A stretch of DNA of 52,410 nucleotides from an uncultured Eubacteriales bacterium (GCA_949096025.1 CARXKP010000005.1:1-52410); one strand, 5' to 3'; positions 16,815 through 27,066 are shown, numbered from the stretch's first letter. Notes: generated from the letters alone by a model not told the origin. Program-made: numbers and translations.

Positions 16815-17231
16815 ATGAAGTATATTAAATATGAAAACTTAAGTAACCCTTTTAAGGTTTATAAAGAAAATGAAGAACCTAAAAATAATAGAATAGGACA
16901 TTCTTTTATTGACGATAAACTATTTAAGGGTAAAATGAAAGTTGTTGCAGTATTTGAAAGTTTGCAGGAATTTAAGGGTTTTGTTTATTATATGCGAGAA
17001 GAAATTATTAAAGATGCAAAACCTTGCAAAGGGAAATATTATTTCTTAAAAATGAGAAAGACCTATCCGGAAAGTGTAGAAGATTATGGACTTTATGTGT
17101 TCGATAATGTTAGTGCTGCAGAAGATGTCAAAGATTATCTTTTAAACAATACTAAAACTTTTAGTGGTGCTGATATTAGAATAGTAGATAAAGATGATAA
17201 TGAAATCGAAGTGGATAGGGAAAGAGAGTAG
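16815..17231 (+). CDS. Hypothetical protein (138 aa), weak paralogue of the preceding gene
   Basis: Both start with MKY. Shared C-terminal pattern K.KY(F/Y).L ... (E/D)V..(Y/K)L ... (V/I)(L/V)DKD(G/D)..IE. Confidence 0.5.
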   Translation: MKYIKYENLSNPFKVYKENEEPKNNRIGHSFIDDKLFKGKMKVVAVFESLQEFKGFVYYMREEIIKDAKPCKGKYYFLKMRKTYPESVEDYGLYVFDNVSAAEDVKDYLLNNTKTFSGADIRIVDKDDNEIEVDRERE

Positions 17232-17236
17232 TCTTA

Positions 17237-17265
17237 AAAGCATATCATTACGGTATGCTTTTTTG
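17237..17265 (+). terminator. Rho-independent terminator
   Basis: aaagcata / tatgcttt stem followed by a T-run. Confidence 0.6.
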
Positions 17266-17358
17266 TTACTATATAAAAAATTCATTAACCATTTTTCAAT
17301 TTTTGCAAACTTTTATATTTATTTTACAAAGACTAGGCTTTTATGTTATTATTGCTAT

Positions 17359-18327
17359 ATGATAGAAAAATTAGAGGAGATAATTACATCTTCGAGCGAA
17401 TATAGAATGCTGGCGGGAGAACTTGAGAGCGGAAAACTTGCAAAAACAATTATGTTAATTTCAAAAGATAGTGATTATTCTTTTGAGTTTGCAAGGCTTT
17501 TGTCTTGTATGATTTTTAATAATGGCTTAAATAATGGGATATTAGAAAAATCTGAAAGTTATTTAAAAGTTAAGGCATCAACACATCCTGATTTAAAAGT
17601 TTTTCCAATTAAAGACAAATTGCTTGTTGCAGACAGTGGACAGATTGTAGAAGAAAGTGCTATAAAACCAATCTTTTCTGAGAGGAAAGTTTTTATTATT
17701 AAGAATTTTGAAGCAAGTATGGAGGCGGCTCAAAATAAACTTTTAAAAACTTTGGAAGAGCCTCAAAGCAATGTTTATTTTATTCTTACTACTTCAAATG
17801 TCAATCTTGTTCTTCCAACGATTCGTTCTCGTTGTAATAAGATTGAACTTGGAAGGCTTGATAGAGATAAGATTGAACAGTGCATAGGAAATATAGATAA
17901 TTTACAAATGGTTACTGCTTTAAGTGAGGGGTATATTGGTAAGGCAGAAAGGTTAAGTCAAAATCAAAATTTAGATACTATATTTAATAGTGTTTTATCG
18001 CTTGTTACGAAACTTAAATCTAGTAAAGAATTGCTTGTTTGCTCAAAGCCACTGATTGATTTTTCTTCTGAGTTTGATTTAATTATAAATATATTATCTT
18101 TGATTTTTGAAGATTTATTAGCAATAAAAAGTGGCGGAAAAGTTAAACTTGAGTTTTGCAAGCAAAGCCTTTTGCCAGTAAGCAGAGAATATACTGTAAA
18201 AGCAATAGTAGAGATAAGGAAACTTATTGATAAGGCGGCAAAAGAAATTAGTTATAATTGCAATTTTATTTTAGTAATTGAAAATCTTTTACTGAATATT
18301 TTGGAGGTTAAGTATTTATGCAAATAG
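17359..18327 (+). CDS. holB: DNA polymerase III delta-prime subunit
   Basis: KVFIIKNFEASMEAAQNKLLKTLEEPQSNVYFILTT..LPTIRSRC clamp-loader motifs. ATG 17359 was chosen because the track extension crosses the terminator. No strong RBS was seen. Confidence 0.8.
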   Translation: MIEKLEEIITSSSEYRMLAGELESGKLAKTIMLISKDSDYSFEFARLLSCMIFNNGLNNGILEKSESYLKVKASTHPDLKVFPIKDKLLVADSGQIVEESAIKPIFSERKVFIIKNFEASMEAAQNKLLKTLEEPQSNVYFILTTSNVNLVLPTIRSRCNKIELGRLDRDKIEQCIGNIDNLQMVTALSEGYIGKAERLSQNQNLDTIFNSVLSLVTKLKSSKELLVCSKPLIDFSSEFDLIINILSLIFEDLLAIKSGGKVKLEFCKQSLLPVSREYTVKAIVEIRKLIDKAAKEISYNCNFILVIENLLLNILEVKYLCK

Positions 18328-19139
18328 AAGTAGTTGAAGCAAAATTTAGGAACGGGGCTCACGGATATTCTTTCAGTCCTAATGGAATTGATTTAAAGGT
18401 AGGAGACTATTGTATAGTTGATACTGAAAAAGGGCGTGACCTTGTAAAGATAACTAAAGCTAGTTATTTGATTGAGGCTGAAAACCTTGTTGAACCTCTT
18501 AAAAATGTTGTAAAGAAAGCAACTGATGACGATATAAGTATGGCAGAGGAAAATTATAAAAAGGCAGAAGGCTTATATAGTGAGGTAAAGTCTATTATAA
18601 TGAGTGACAATCTTGAAATGAAGGTTGTTTCGGTCGAGTGTAATTATAATTTTACTAGACTTACTATAAATTTCACCTCCGAAAATAGGGTGGACTTTCG
18701 TGAAATCGTAAAAAAACTTGCTGATAAGTACAATGTGAGAATTGAATTAAGACAGATTGGTCCTCGTGATGCTACACGCATTCTTGGTGGAATTGGAAGT
18801 TGCGGAAAAGAGTGTTGTTGCAAACAAGGCTTTGGCACTGATGAACACGTATCAATTAAAATGGCAAAAAATCAAAGTCTTTCACTTAATCCAAACAACA
18901 TAAGTGGACTTTGTGGAAAACTTCTTTGTTGTCTTGCTTATGAAAATCCTTATTATGAGGAAGTTGTTAAACTTATGCCCAAAGTTAATAGTTATGTAAA
19001 TACTCCAGATGGAGAAGGCACTGTTATGTATAACGATTTACTTAAGAAAAAAGTTTCAGTTAAGTTTTTAACGGAAAGTTCAAGTGAAATTAAAGAATAT
19101 GACTTAGATCAAATTAAGTTTAGTAAAGCAAAAAAATAA
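18318..19139 (+). CDS. ricT: PSP1-domain protein (stage 0 sporulation protein YaaT / RicT)
   Basis: ..LRQIGPRDATRILGGIGSCGKECCCKQ..ISGLCGKLLCCLAYE Cys cluster typical of YaaT. Conserved position after holB. Confidence 0.85.
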   Translation: MQIEVVEAKFRNGAHGYSFSPNGIDLKVGDYCIVDTEKGRDLVKITKASYLIEAENLVEPLKNVVKKATDDDISMAEENYKKAEGLYSEVKSIIMSDNLEMKVVSVECNYNFTRLTINFTSENRVDFREIVKKLADKYNVRIELRQIGPRDATRILGGIGSCGKECCCKQGFGTDEHVSIKMAKNQSLSLNPNNISGLCGKLLCCLAYENPYYEEVVKLMPKVNSYVNTPDGEGTVMYNDLLKKKVSVKFLTESSSEIKEYDLDQIKFSKAKK

Positions 19140-19152
19140 ATTGTGAGGGGAA

Positions 19153-19875
19153 ATGCTACTAGAAGAGGGTGAGAGAATTGAAGATTTGCAGTGCAAAGGT
19201 TTAAAGATAATTCAAAATAAAAATTATTATACTTTTACCTCTGATAGCGTAATTCTTGCAAATTTTGTAAGATTAAAAGAAAGGGATGTTTGCGTTGAAA
19301 TAGGAGCAGGTTGCGGAGTAATTTCAATCTTGCTTTCTGCCAAAAATAGTTTTAAAAAAATTACCGCTTTTGAACTTCAACCGGAAATGGCACAACTCGC
19401 AGATAAAAATGTAAAACTAAACAATTTAGAGGAAAAAATTGAAATAATTAATGAAAATATTGTTAATTTTAACAAATTTATCTCAAATAACAGTATTGAT
19501 TGTGTTTTTTCTAATCCTCCATATATGCTTTCAAGCGGGAAAAATACAAATTCTATTCGTGACAAGGCTAGGCACGATAATACACTGCCTATTGATTTGC
19601 TATGTAGAGAGACAAGCAAAATGCTAAAAGCGGGCGGTCGATTTTATTTAGTTTATACGGCAAATAGGTCGGCAGAACTTATATATAATTTAGTAAAACA
19701 TTCTCTTGAACCTAAAAGAATGTTTTATACGCAGAATGGTAGGGGTGAAGTCAAACTTATAGTTATAGAGGCCGTTAAAAATGGCAAGCACGAGGTGAAG
19801 GTATTGCCAGAACTTGTTACAAATGATGCAAACGGAGAATACCTTAAATTACTTCATACAAAGTATATAAAATAG
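19153..19875 (+). CDS. SAM-dependent methyltransferase, tRNA (adenine-N6) TrmN6/YabB-like
   Basis: EIGAGCGVISI SAM-binding motif and the NPPY catalytic motif (FSNPPYM). Confidence 0.75.
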   Translation: MLLEEGERIEDLQCKGLKIIQNKNYYTFTSDSVILANFVRLKERDVCVEIGAGCGVISILLSAKNSFKKITAFELQPEMAQLADKNVKLNNLEEKIEIINENIVNFNKFISNNSIDCVFSNPPYMLSSGKNTNSIRDKARHDNTLPIDLLCRETSKMLKAGGRFYLVYTANRSAELIYNLVKHSLEPKRMFYTQNGRGEVKLIVIEAVKNGKHEVKVLPELVTNDANGEYLKLLHTKYIK

Positions 19876-19885
19876 GGAGAAAACA

Positions 19886-20197
19886 ATGAGGTTATATAAT
19901 AAATTAGTTAGAGATAAAATTCCTGAGGTTATACAGGAAAACGAAGGTAAAAACGCAAAAATTAGAATACTTAATGATGAGGAGTATTTAAAGGAACTTA
20001 ATATCAAACTTAAGGAAGAAGTTGAGGAATATCTTGCAAGTGGAGAGATTGAAGAACTTGCTGACATTGAAGAAGTGCTTAGAGCTTTAGTCGAAATAAA
20101 GGGAAAGAGTTTAGAAGAGTTTGACAATTTAAGACTTAGTAAAGTTGAAATAAGAGGGGCTTTTAAAGATAAAATTTTTCTTGAAAGTGTAGAATAA
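19886..20197 (+). CDS. MazG-like / PRA-PH-like nucleoside triphosphate pyrophosphohydrolase (103 aa)
   Basis: N-terminal YNKLVRDKIPEVI and EE..E..D.EE helices typical of this family. Confidence 0.65.
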   Translation: MRLYNKLVRDKIPEVIQENEGKNAKIRILNDEEYLKELNIKLKEEVEEYLASGEIEELADIEEVLRALVEIKGKSLEEFDNLRLSKVEIRGAFKDKIFLESVE

Positions 20198-20222
20198 AAA
20201 AACACCTAGAGGTGTTTTTTTT
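20196..20222. terminator. Bidirectional terminator
   Basis: aaaaaacacc taga ggtgtttttt between convergent genes. Confidence 0.7.
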
Positions 20223-20228
20223 ATTATA

Positions 20229-20897
20229 TTAATCTAAGCAGTTGTATTCCTTTAGATATTGATTTACAAAAAGTCTTATAAATTCACATCTTTGAGTGCA
20301 AATTTCTTTTCCTGTTTTTGTGTTCATAGTTTGATCAAGTCTTGCTAGTTTATTTACGCAGTGGTGAATTGTGCTTTCATCAAAGGTTGCTTCATTATAT
20401 TCTCCTTCCTCTAGTGGGATTTCTGGAGTATATTGAGGACAATTATGTGCAGCGCCAAAAGCGAAAGTTCTTCCAATGCCTATGGCTCCAGCAGCATCGA
20501 TATTGTCAGCATCTTGAAGAATTTTGCTTTCAATATCGGTAACGGTAACAGTTCCGCCACCAAAGGAATATTCTTCGTGATGTTCAATCGCATAACAAAT
20601 ATGTTCCTTTTCTTCGCTTGTAATATCAATATCTTTAAGTAATTCTCTAATGGTTGGAAGACTGTCTTTAGGGGAAACAAAGGTTCTTTCTTTATCAGCA
20701 AGTATTCTATGAATATCGTGTAAAATAGCAGAGATAGCAACAACATTCATATTACCGCCTTCTTTTTTTGCAATGTATACAGCAGTTTTCATAACTCTTT
20801 CAAGGTGGTCAATATTATGACCACTTTTGTCATTTGAGAACATATCACGAATTCGTGATTTTAGTTCTTCTATTATTTTATTTAACTTTTCGTCCAT
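20229..20897 (-). CDS. HD-domain metal-dependent phosphohydrolase
   Basis: HNIDHLERV ... AILHDIHR ... HH motifs. Confidence 0.7.
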   Translation of the reverse strand: MDEKLNKIIEELKSRIRDMFSNDKSGHNIDHLERVMKTAVYIAKKEGGNMNVVAISAILHDIHRILADKERTFVSPKDSLPTIRELLKDIDITSEEKEHICYAIEHHEEYSFGGGTVTVTDIESKILQDADNIDAAGAIGIGRTFAFGAAHNCPQYTPEIPLEEGEYNEATFDESTIHHCVNKLARLDQTMNTKTGKEICTQRCEFIRLFVNQYLKEYNCLD

Positions 20898-20908
20898 TTT
20901 TCACCTCA

Positions 20909-21475
20909 TTAAAATTTATAATCTTTGCCTACTTTTTTAATATTCCATTCTTTAAGTGCTTTATCTATGACATTTGTTATGAAAGGGGCTTTTCTATTTG
21001 TATATTCTTTTCTATTATCTTTAAACTTCCTTTCAAGTTCTAGTTTAAGGGCTGAGTACTCATCTGTTTTTTCTGGGTGAGAATTTAAGTAATCTCTAAA
21101 TATAATATGATTTTGCCATATTCTTGTATTTGTATCTTCAATGTGAACAAAGTGAGTACTTATATCATTATTACACTTTTTAAGAAAATATCGGATTCCA
21201 TAATCAGCCTTTCCGTCATAGTAGTATCCATTTGCGGTAAGAATAGGGATAAGTGATTTACCATAATCTAGACTTTTTACTCCTATTGCAATGTCAATAA
21301 TAGGTTTTGCCACACAACCGATAATCGATGTTGAACCAATATGTTGAATATCAACTTCAAAATCTTTTAATAGATGAAAAAGCACTTTTTTCTCTTTTTC
21401 AAACTCTTCCTTCCAAAGTGGGTTATATTTAACGAGTTTTACTGTTCCACTTTTTAATCCTAATATTTTATTCAT
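20909..21475 (-). CDS. GrpB (UPF0157) family protein
   Basis: LVKYNPLWKEEF ... IQHIGSTSIIGCVAKPIIDI signature. Confidence 0.75.
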   Translation of the reverse strand: MNKILGLKSGTVKLVKYNPLWKEEFEKEKKVLFHLLKDFEVDIQHIGSTSIIGCVAKPIIDIAIGVKSLDYGKSLIPILTANGYYYDGKADYGIRYFLKKCNNDISTHFVHIEDTNTRIWQNHIIFRDYLNSHPEKTDEYSALKLELERKFKDNRKEYTNRKAPFITNVIDKALKEWNIKKVGKDYKF

Positions 21476-21672
21476 AAATAAAGCATAGCATAAATTAACT
21501 TAAAAAACTATTTATTACTAGGAAAATATTTTTAAATCAATAATTTTTAATATTATCGTTTTGAAAAAAAATAGCAATATGTTAAAATTCAATTGATATT
21601 TATTAGTTTTGATTGTTTAATATTGTTGAATTTTTTTAATTATAAATATTGTAAACTTTTTAAGGTGGTGTT

Positions 21673-24645
21673 ATGAACAAAAGGAAATTGCGTGATGGAA
21701 TTATTATTACATTTTGTGCTGTTGTAATTTGTATTACTATAGTGATTTATTCTCTTTTTACAACAAAGCAAATTTTTTCTGAAAGTGCAAGTCACCTTGA
21801 GGAAATATACGAGCAGGTAAATACTACTTTTCAACAAAAAGTTTCTGATTATAGAAGTTTAATGAAAAGTTGGGAAAATTACATTTCTAATGCTACAGGT
21901 ACTGCTAGTAGATATGACGAATTTAAATTGTTCATTAAAGATCAAAAGGAAAAATGGCACTTTACCGATTTTTATTTTGTTAATGTAGATGAAGGTTCTG
22001 GCGAAAATAGGCAAGCGATTGGTAAAAGGTCAACAGGCGAGATTGAAGAACTTGAATTTAGAAGAGAAATGGATGTTCTTCTTGGCGGTAATGATGTAGG
22101 TGTTGTCGGAACTCGTCCAGATGGAGAGAACGGAAGAAGTAGATTTGTAATGCTTGCTGTAAGATTTGAACAGGTACGCTCTTACGATGGATTTGATTAT
22201 TTTGCTATTGCTATTATATTTAATGCGGAGGACCTTCAAAATCTAATTGATGTTAAGGCATTTAATGATAGTGGTAATTGTTTTGTTGTTCTTCCAGACG
22301 GAAGTATTCTTTTGCAATCTAGGGAAGATGAAAGTGGAGATAATTTCTTAAATGAACTTAAAGCGAATTATACTATTAAAAATTCTAGTGTAGAAGATCT
22401 TTCTCAGATTTGGAGTGAGGGCAGTAGTTCTGAATATAAAGGCACTGTAATTGTAAAAAATAGGCAAAATGGTCAGGAATATTATCTTACCTATATTTCA
22501 GTTGAGTTTAGCGATTGGGTACTTATAGGTTTAATTCCTTCAAATATTGTCAATCGAAGTATGAGTTTGTTTAGTACTATTACAATTATTGTTATGACGG
22601 TAATTTTTGCTAGTATTATGGTGGCAGTTGTTTGGATGCTTATTGCTTCAAACAAACAACGAGTAAAAGAAAAAGAACTTGAGATTAAATCTCGTGAAAG
22701 TTTACTTGACCTTTTAACTGAAAATACCAATGACATATTTATGGTTTTTTCTCCAGACGACTTTAAAGGGCAATATATAAGTTCAAATGTAAATAAGGTT
22801 TTAGGGCTTGATTATGAAATGTTAAAAGAGAATGTAGGACGCATAGGTGAGGCTATTGTCACAGACAATTCATCTGAAGGTTTATTTGAAAAGATTGAAG
22901 GATTAAAATCAACTCAATCTGACCTGCAACTTAAGAATGTTAGTACAGATGAAAAATATTGGTATAGAATGGTGATCAATCCTGCTGAATATAATGGAAA
23001 AAATAGTTATTTAATGATGCTTTCAGACCATACTAAAGATAGAAAATTAACAGCTGACCTTAAAGAGGCGCTTGAACTTGCGAAGTCTGCAAATGAGGCT
23101 AAGAGCAATTTCCTTGCAAATATGTCGCACGACATTCGTACACCTATGAATGCAATTATTGGTTTTTCAACCTTACTCGAAAAGGATGCTGAAAATGTTG
23201 AAAAGGTTAGAGAATATAACCGAAAAATTGCTTTTTCAGGACAACACTTATTAAGTCTAATTAATGATGTGCTTGATATGAGCAAAATTGAAAGTGGAAA
23301 AACATCTTTAAATTACGAAGAATTTGACTTTTCAGACTTTTTAGAAGAACTCTACGAAATGGTTGCTCCACAAGCAAAAGCAAAGAAACAGAAGTTTGAA
23401 CTCCATACAAAGGGAAATTTGCCTGAAATTGTTTGTGGAGACAAACTCAGAATTAATCAAATTTTAATAAATTTACTTTCTAATTCTATTAAATATACTC
23501 AAGAGGGTGGAAATATTTGTTTAAGTGTAGAGGTTATAAAAAATTCAACTCGCAATCACGTTCATCTTAGATTTGGAGTTAAAGATAATGGAATTGGTAT
23601 GAGTGAAGATTTTATAAAAATACTCTTTGAGCCTTTCTCAAGAGAAAATACTGCAAAAACAAAAGAAATACAAGGCACAGGTCTTGGTATGGCGATTACA
23701 AAAAATATAGTTGACATTATGGGAGGAACTATCTCTGTTAGTAGCCAGCTTGAAAAGGGAAGTGAGTTTATAGTCGAACTTGAACTATCTAAAACTGACA
23801 ATAACATTCAAGATGAAGAATTTTGGGAAAAACATAAAATTAATAAGATTTTAGTTGTAGATGATGAAAAAGATGTTCTTGAAGATGTAAAACTGCTTAT
23901 GACAGAGGCTGGAGTAGAGACGGAAATTGCTGACAGTGGAAGCAGGGCTGTTGAAATGGTGGAAAGTTACGAAAAATCAGGTAGAGGCTTTGATATGATA
24001 TTACTTGATTGGAAGATGCCTGAAATGGATGGAATTGAAACTGCAAAAATAATAAAGGCAAATTTTACAAATATTCCTATTGTTATAATGTCGTCCTACG
24101 ATAAAAGCGAAATTGAAGAAGAAGCAAAGAAGGCAGATATTAAATTCTTCCTTTCTAAACCATTCTTTGTTTCTAACCTGCGTAATTTAGTTGTTAAAAT
24201 GTGCAACGAAGAATTTGAAGAAGATAAAGAGCAGGCTAAATTAATTTCTCTTGAAGGAATGAAGATTTTGGTTGCCGAAGATAATGAAATAAATGCTGAA
24301 ATTTTGCAAGAACTTCTAGATATTGAAGGCGCAACTTGCGATATAGCCAATGATGGAAAGGCTGTTCTTGAGAAATTTAAAGCCTCTAAAGTAGGGCAAT
24401 ATGATTTTATATTTATGGATATTCAGATGCCTATTATGAATGGTTATGAGGCGACAAGAGCGATAAGAGATTGTTCGCACCCAGAGGCAAAGTCAATTCC
24501 TATTATTGCAATGACAGCAAATGCTTTTGATGATGATGTGAAAATGGCTCTTGACTGTGGTATGAATGCACATCTAGCAAAACCTATTGATATGGATAAA
24601 CTTAAACAGATTATTGATAAAATAAGAGGAGAAAAAAATGAGTAA
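21673..24645 (+). CDS. Hybrid sensor histidine kinase with two C-terminal receiver domains
   Basis: N-terminal TM, a roughly 270-aa extracytoplasmic region, a second TM, and a PAS-like region. H-box SHDIRTPMN, HATPase (GTGLGMAI), REC1 (LLDWKMPEMDG) and REC2 (FMDIQMPIMNG..KP). Confidence 0.9.
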   Translation: MNKRKLRDGIIITFCAVVICITIVIYSLFTTKQIFSESASHLEEIYEQVNTTFQQKVSDYRSLMKSWENYISNATGTASRYDEFKLFIKDQKEKWHFTDFYFVNVDEGSGENRQAIGKRSTGEIEELEFRREMDVLLGGNDVGVVGTRPDGENGRSRFVMLAVRFEQVRSYDGFDYFAIAIIFNAEDLQNLIDVKAFNDSGNCFVVLPDGSILLQSREDESGDNFLNELKANYTIKNSSVEDLSQIWSEGSSSEYKGTVIVKNRQNGQEYYLTYISVEFSDWVLIGLIPSNIVNRSMSLFSTITIIVMTVIFASIMVAVVWMLIASNKQRVKEKELEIKSRESLLDLLTENTNDIFMVFSPDDFKGQYISSNVNKVLGLDYEMLKENVGRIGEAIVTDNSSEGLFEKIEGLKSTQSDLQLKNVSTDEKYWYRMVINPAEYNGKNSYLMMLSDHTKDRKLTADLKEALELAKSANEAKSNFLANMSHDIRTPMNAIIGFSTLLEKDAENVEKVREYNRKIAFSGQHLLSLINDVLDMSKIESGKTSLNYEEFDFSDFLEELYEMVAPQAKAKKQKFELHTKGNLPEIVCGDKLRINQILINLLSNSIKYTQEGGNICLSVEVIKNSTRNHVHLRFGVKDNGIGMSEDFIKILFEPFSRENTAKTKEIQGTGLGMAITKNIVDIMGGTISVSSQLEKGSEFIVELELSKTDNNIQDEEFWEKHKINKILVVDDEKDVLEDVKLLMTEAGVETEIADSGSRAVEMVESYEKSGRGFDMILLDWKMPEMDGIETAKIIKANFTNIPIVIMSSYDKSEIEEEAKKADIKFFLSKPFFVSNLRNLVVKMCNEEFEEDKEQAKLISLEGMKILVAEDNEINAEILQELLDIEGATCDIANDGKAVLEKFKASKVGQYDFIFMDIQMPIMNGYEATRAIRDCSHPEAKSIPIIAMTANAFDDDVKMALDCGMNAHLAKPIDMDKLKQIIDKIRGEKNE

Positions 24646-26713
24646 TATCAAAAAGAAAATTTTGATTGTAGATGATTCTGAATTAAATCGTTCACTGCTT
24701 GCAGATATTTTGTCTGTCGATTTTGATATTATCGAAGCTGGCGATGGTGATGAAGCCATACGAATCTTGCACGAGAGAGAACTTGAAATTTCTCTTATGC
24801 TACTTGATATTGTTATGCCAAAGATGGACGGCTTTGAGGTGCTGGCAGTAATGAACCGTATGGGGTGGATTAAAACTATCCCAGTTATTATGATTTCATC
24901 TGAAACAGGAAGCACCTATATTGATAGGGCTTACGATTTAGGGGCTGTCGATTATATTAGCAGACCTTTTGATGAAAGAACTGTTAAGCATCGTGTTGCT
25001 TGTAACTTTATGTTTAGTGTAAGGCAAAAAGAAATGTCAGAACTATTGTCTAAACAAATTTATCAACACGAAAAAGATAAAAGTCTTATGATTGAAATAC
25101 TTTCTCATATTGTTGAATTTAGAAATATGGAGAGTGGGCTTCACGTTTTACACGTAAATGTAATTACTAAAGCACTTTTAAATCAACTTGTTAAAAAGAC
25201 CGACAAATACAATTTAAATGAAAAGGATATAAATTTAATTGTTAATGCTTCCGCTCTTCACGATGTAGGGAAAATCACAGTACCTTCAGAGATATTAAAT
25301 AAACCTGGAAAACTGACTGAAGAAGAATATGCAATAATGAAAAATCATACGGTGGAAGGGGCAAATATGTTAACGGCAATTCCTTTCCGCAAAAATGAAG
25401 ACCTAATTAAGGTTGGTTATCAAATATGTCGTTGGCATCACGAACGCTTTGACGGCAAGGGTTATCCTGATGGTTTAGAGGCTGATGAGATACCTATTTC
25501 TGCACAAGTTGTGTCTATTGCTGATGTCTATGATGCTCTGACGAGTGAAAGAGTATACAAGCGAGCATATTCACAGGAAGAGGCGGTGCAAATGATACTA
25601 AATGGAGAATGTGGAAAATTTAATCCAATTCTTCTTGAGTGTCTTGTGGAAACCGCTCCCAAACTTAAAGAAGAACTTACCGTGATTTCTCTTAGTGGTT
25701 CGGTTGACAATAAAATAAATGATACTGTTAAACGCATTTTAAGAGAGGGAAAAACAGGTGCTTCTGACCGTTCTATAAAATTACTTGAAAGGGAAAGACA
25801 GAAGTTTGATTTCCTGTCTAATATATCTGGTGAAATTGTATTTGAATACAGCGAAACTCCAGAAGAGATAAAGTTATCTGAGTGGGGTGCTAGTAAACTT
25901 GGACTTCCTGTTAGGCTTGAAGATCCAAAAATTAATTCTTATTGGAATAATGTATTTTCAAAAGAAGACTTTAATCAGTTTTTAAATGAAATTCATAACA
26001 CCTCTCCTGAAAATCCTGTTTATACTAATAGATATTTATTACATTTAAATAATCAACCTAAATGGAGTAAAGTTATTGCTCGCTCAATGTGGAGTGATGA
26101 GGAAAATCCTAAATTTGAAGGGGTTATTGGGAAGATTGTTGATGTTAATGATGAAGTTGAGGCTATGGAACAACTTGAACATCAAGCAGAGCACGATGGA
26201 CTTACAGGGCTATTAAATCACGCGGCAGCAAAAAGGCGAATTGAAAGAATTTTAAAAGAACGAAGAAAGAAATATGCTTTTATTGTGTTTGACCTTGATA
26301 ATTTTAAGTATGCAAATGATAATTATGGACATTTATTTGGGGATGAAGTCCTTAAAACTGTTGCAAATAGAGTTAAAGAAAATATACGTGTTAATGATAT
26401 TGCGGCGAGAATGGGCGGTGATGAATTCATTGTGTTTATGGAATATAAAGATACACCTCTTGCTCAAACAGATCGTATATTTAAAAAACTATGTAGAAAT
26501 TATAAAGATTTTCCTATAAGTGTTAGTATGGGCGTTGCAATAACTGAAAACTTTAAAGGTGACTATGAAGAACTATTCCATATGGCAGATACAGCAATGT
26601 ATATGACAAAACAAAAAAGCAAGAGGGCGTACTGTTTTTATGACAAAAATATGAAAATGGTTTTACGTTCTGCGGATAATCTTGAAGATGATGACGGAGG
26701 AGGGAAAAGATGA
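24638..26713 (+). CDS. Response regulator: REC - HD-GYP - PAS-like - GGDEF
   Basis: REC (LLDIVMPKMDG), HD-GYP (HDVGK ... HHERFDGKGYPDG), GGDEF (RVNDIAARMGGDEF, i.e. RxxD I-site plus GGDEF). The start overlaps the kinase stop (ATGAGTAA). Confidence 0.9.
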   Translation: MSNIKKKILIVDDSELNRSLLADILSVDFDIIEAGDGDEAIRILHERELEISLMLLDIVMPKMDGFEVLAVMNRMGWIKTIPVIMISSETGSTYIDRAYDLGAVDYISRPFDERTVKHRVACNFMFSVRQKEMSELLSKQIYQHEKDKSLMIEILSHIVEFRNMESGLHVLHVNVITKALLNQLVKKTDKYNLNEKDINLIVNASALHDVGKITVPSEILNKPGKLTEEEYAIMKNHTVEGANMLTAIPFRKNEDLIKVGYQICRWHHERFDGKGYPDGLEADEIPISAQVVSIADVYDALTSERVYKRAYSQEEAVQMILNGECGKFNPILLECLVETAPKLKEELTVISLSGSVDNKINDTVKRILREGKTGASDRSIKLLERERQKFDFLSNISGEIVFEYSETPEEIKLSEWGASKLGLPVRLEDPKINSYWNNVFSKEDFNQFLNEIHNTSPENPVYTNRYLLHLNNQPKWSKVIARSMWSDEENPKFEGVIGKIVDVNDEVEAMEQLEHQAEHDGLTGLLNHAAAKRRIERILKERRKKYAFIVFDLDNFKYANDNYGHLFGDEVLKTVANRVKENIRVNDIAARMGGDEFIVFMEYKDTPLAQTDRIFKKLCRNYKDFPISVSMGVAITENFKGDYEELFHMADTAMYMTKQKSKRAYCFYDKNMKMVLRSADNLEDDDGGGKR

Positions 26714-27066
26714 CAGTAAAAGAATGTTATGAGGCTTTTGGCGGTAATTATGAGGATGCTTTTAGTCGTTTAAGAAGTGATGATAGGCTGTTAAAGTTTC
26801 TTAATAAAGCCACTGAAGATGGAAGTTTTAAACTTTTGACAGATTCGCTTTCTTCTCACAATTTAGAAGAGGCGTTTAGGGCGGTTCATACAATGAAAGG
26901 TATTTGTTTAAACTTATCAATAACCTCGCTAGGAAATTCTTCACAAATTCTTACTGAGGCATTAAGAAATAGAGAGCAGTATGGAGATGATTTAATTCCT
27001 CTCTATGAGAATGTAAAAAAAGATTATGAAGATTTTGTTTTATCTGTCAAAAAAATGCAAGAGTAA
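26710..27066 (+). CDS. Hpt (histidine phosphotransfer) protein
   Basis: 118 aa with AVHTMKG phospho-histidine motif. ATGA start/stop overlap with the upstream gene. Confidence 0.8.
   Translation: MTVKECYEAFGGNYEDAFSRLRSDDRLLKFLNKATEDGSFKLLTDSLSSHNLEEAFRAVHTMKGICLNLSITSLGNSSQILTEALRNREQYGDDLIPLYENVKKDYEDFVLSVKKMQE

Noticed and set aside
17194-17358. 55-aa N-terminal extension of holB.
   Set aside because: It overlaps the upstream gene end and crosses a terminator hairpin. Recognisable HolB sequence begins after ATG 17359.
19849-20205. 118-aa minus-strand ORF.
   Set aside because: It is antisense to the MazG-like gene and S/L-rich, which is typical of the reverse frame of E/K-rich coding DNA.
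24574-24915. 113-aa minus-strand ORF across the kinase / response-regulator junction.
   Set aside because: It is antisense to two well-supported genes and is an S/I-rich artefact. The same applies to the other antisense ORFs within 21673-26713.
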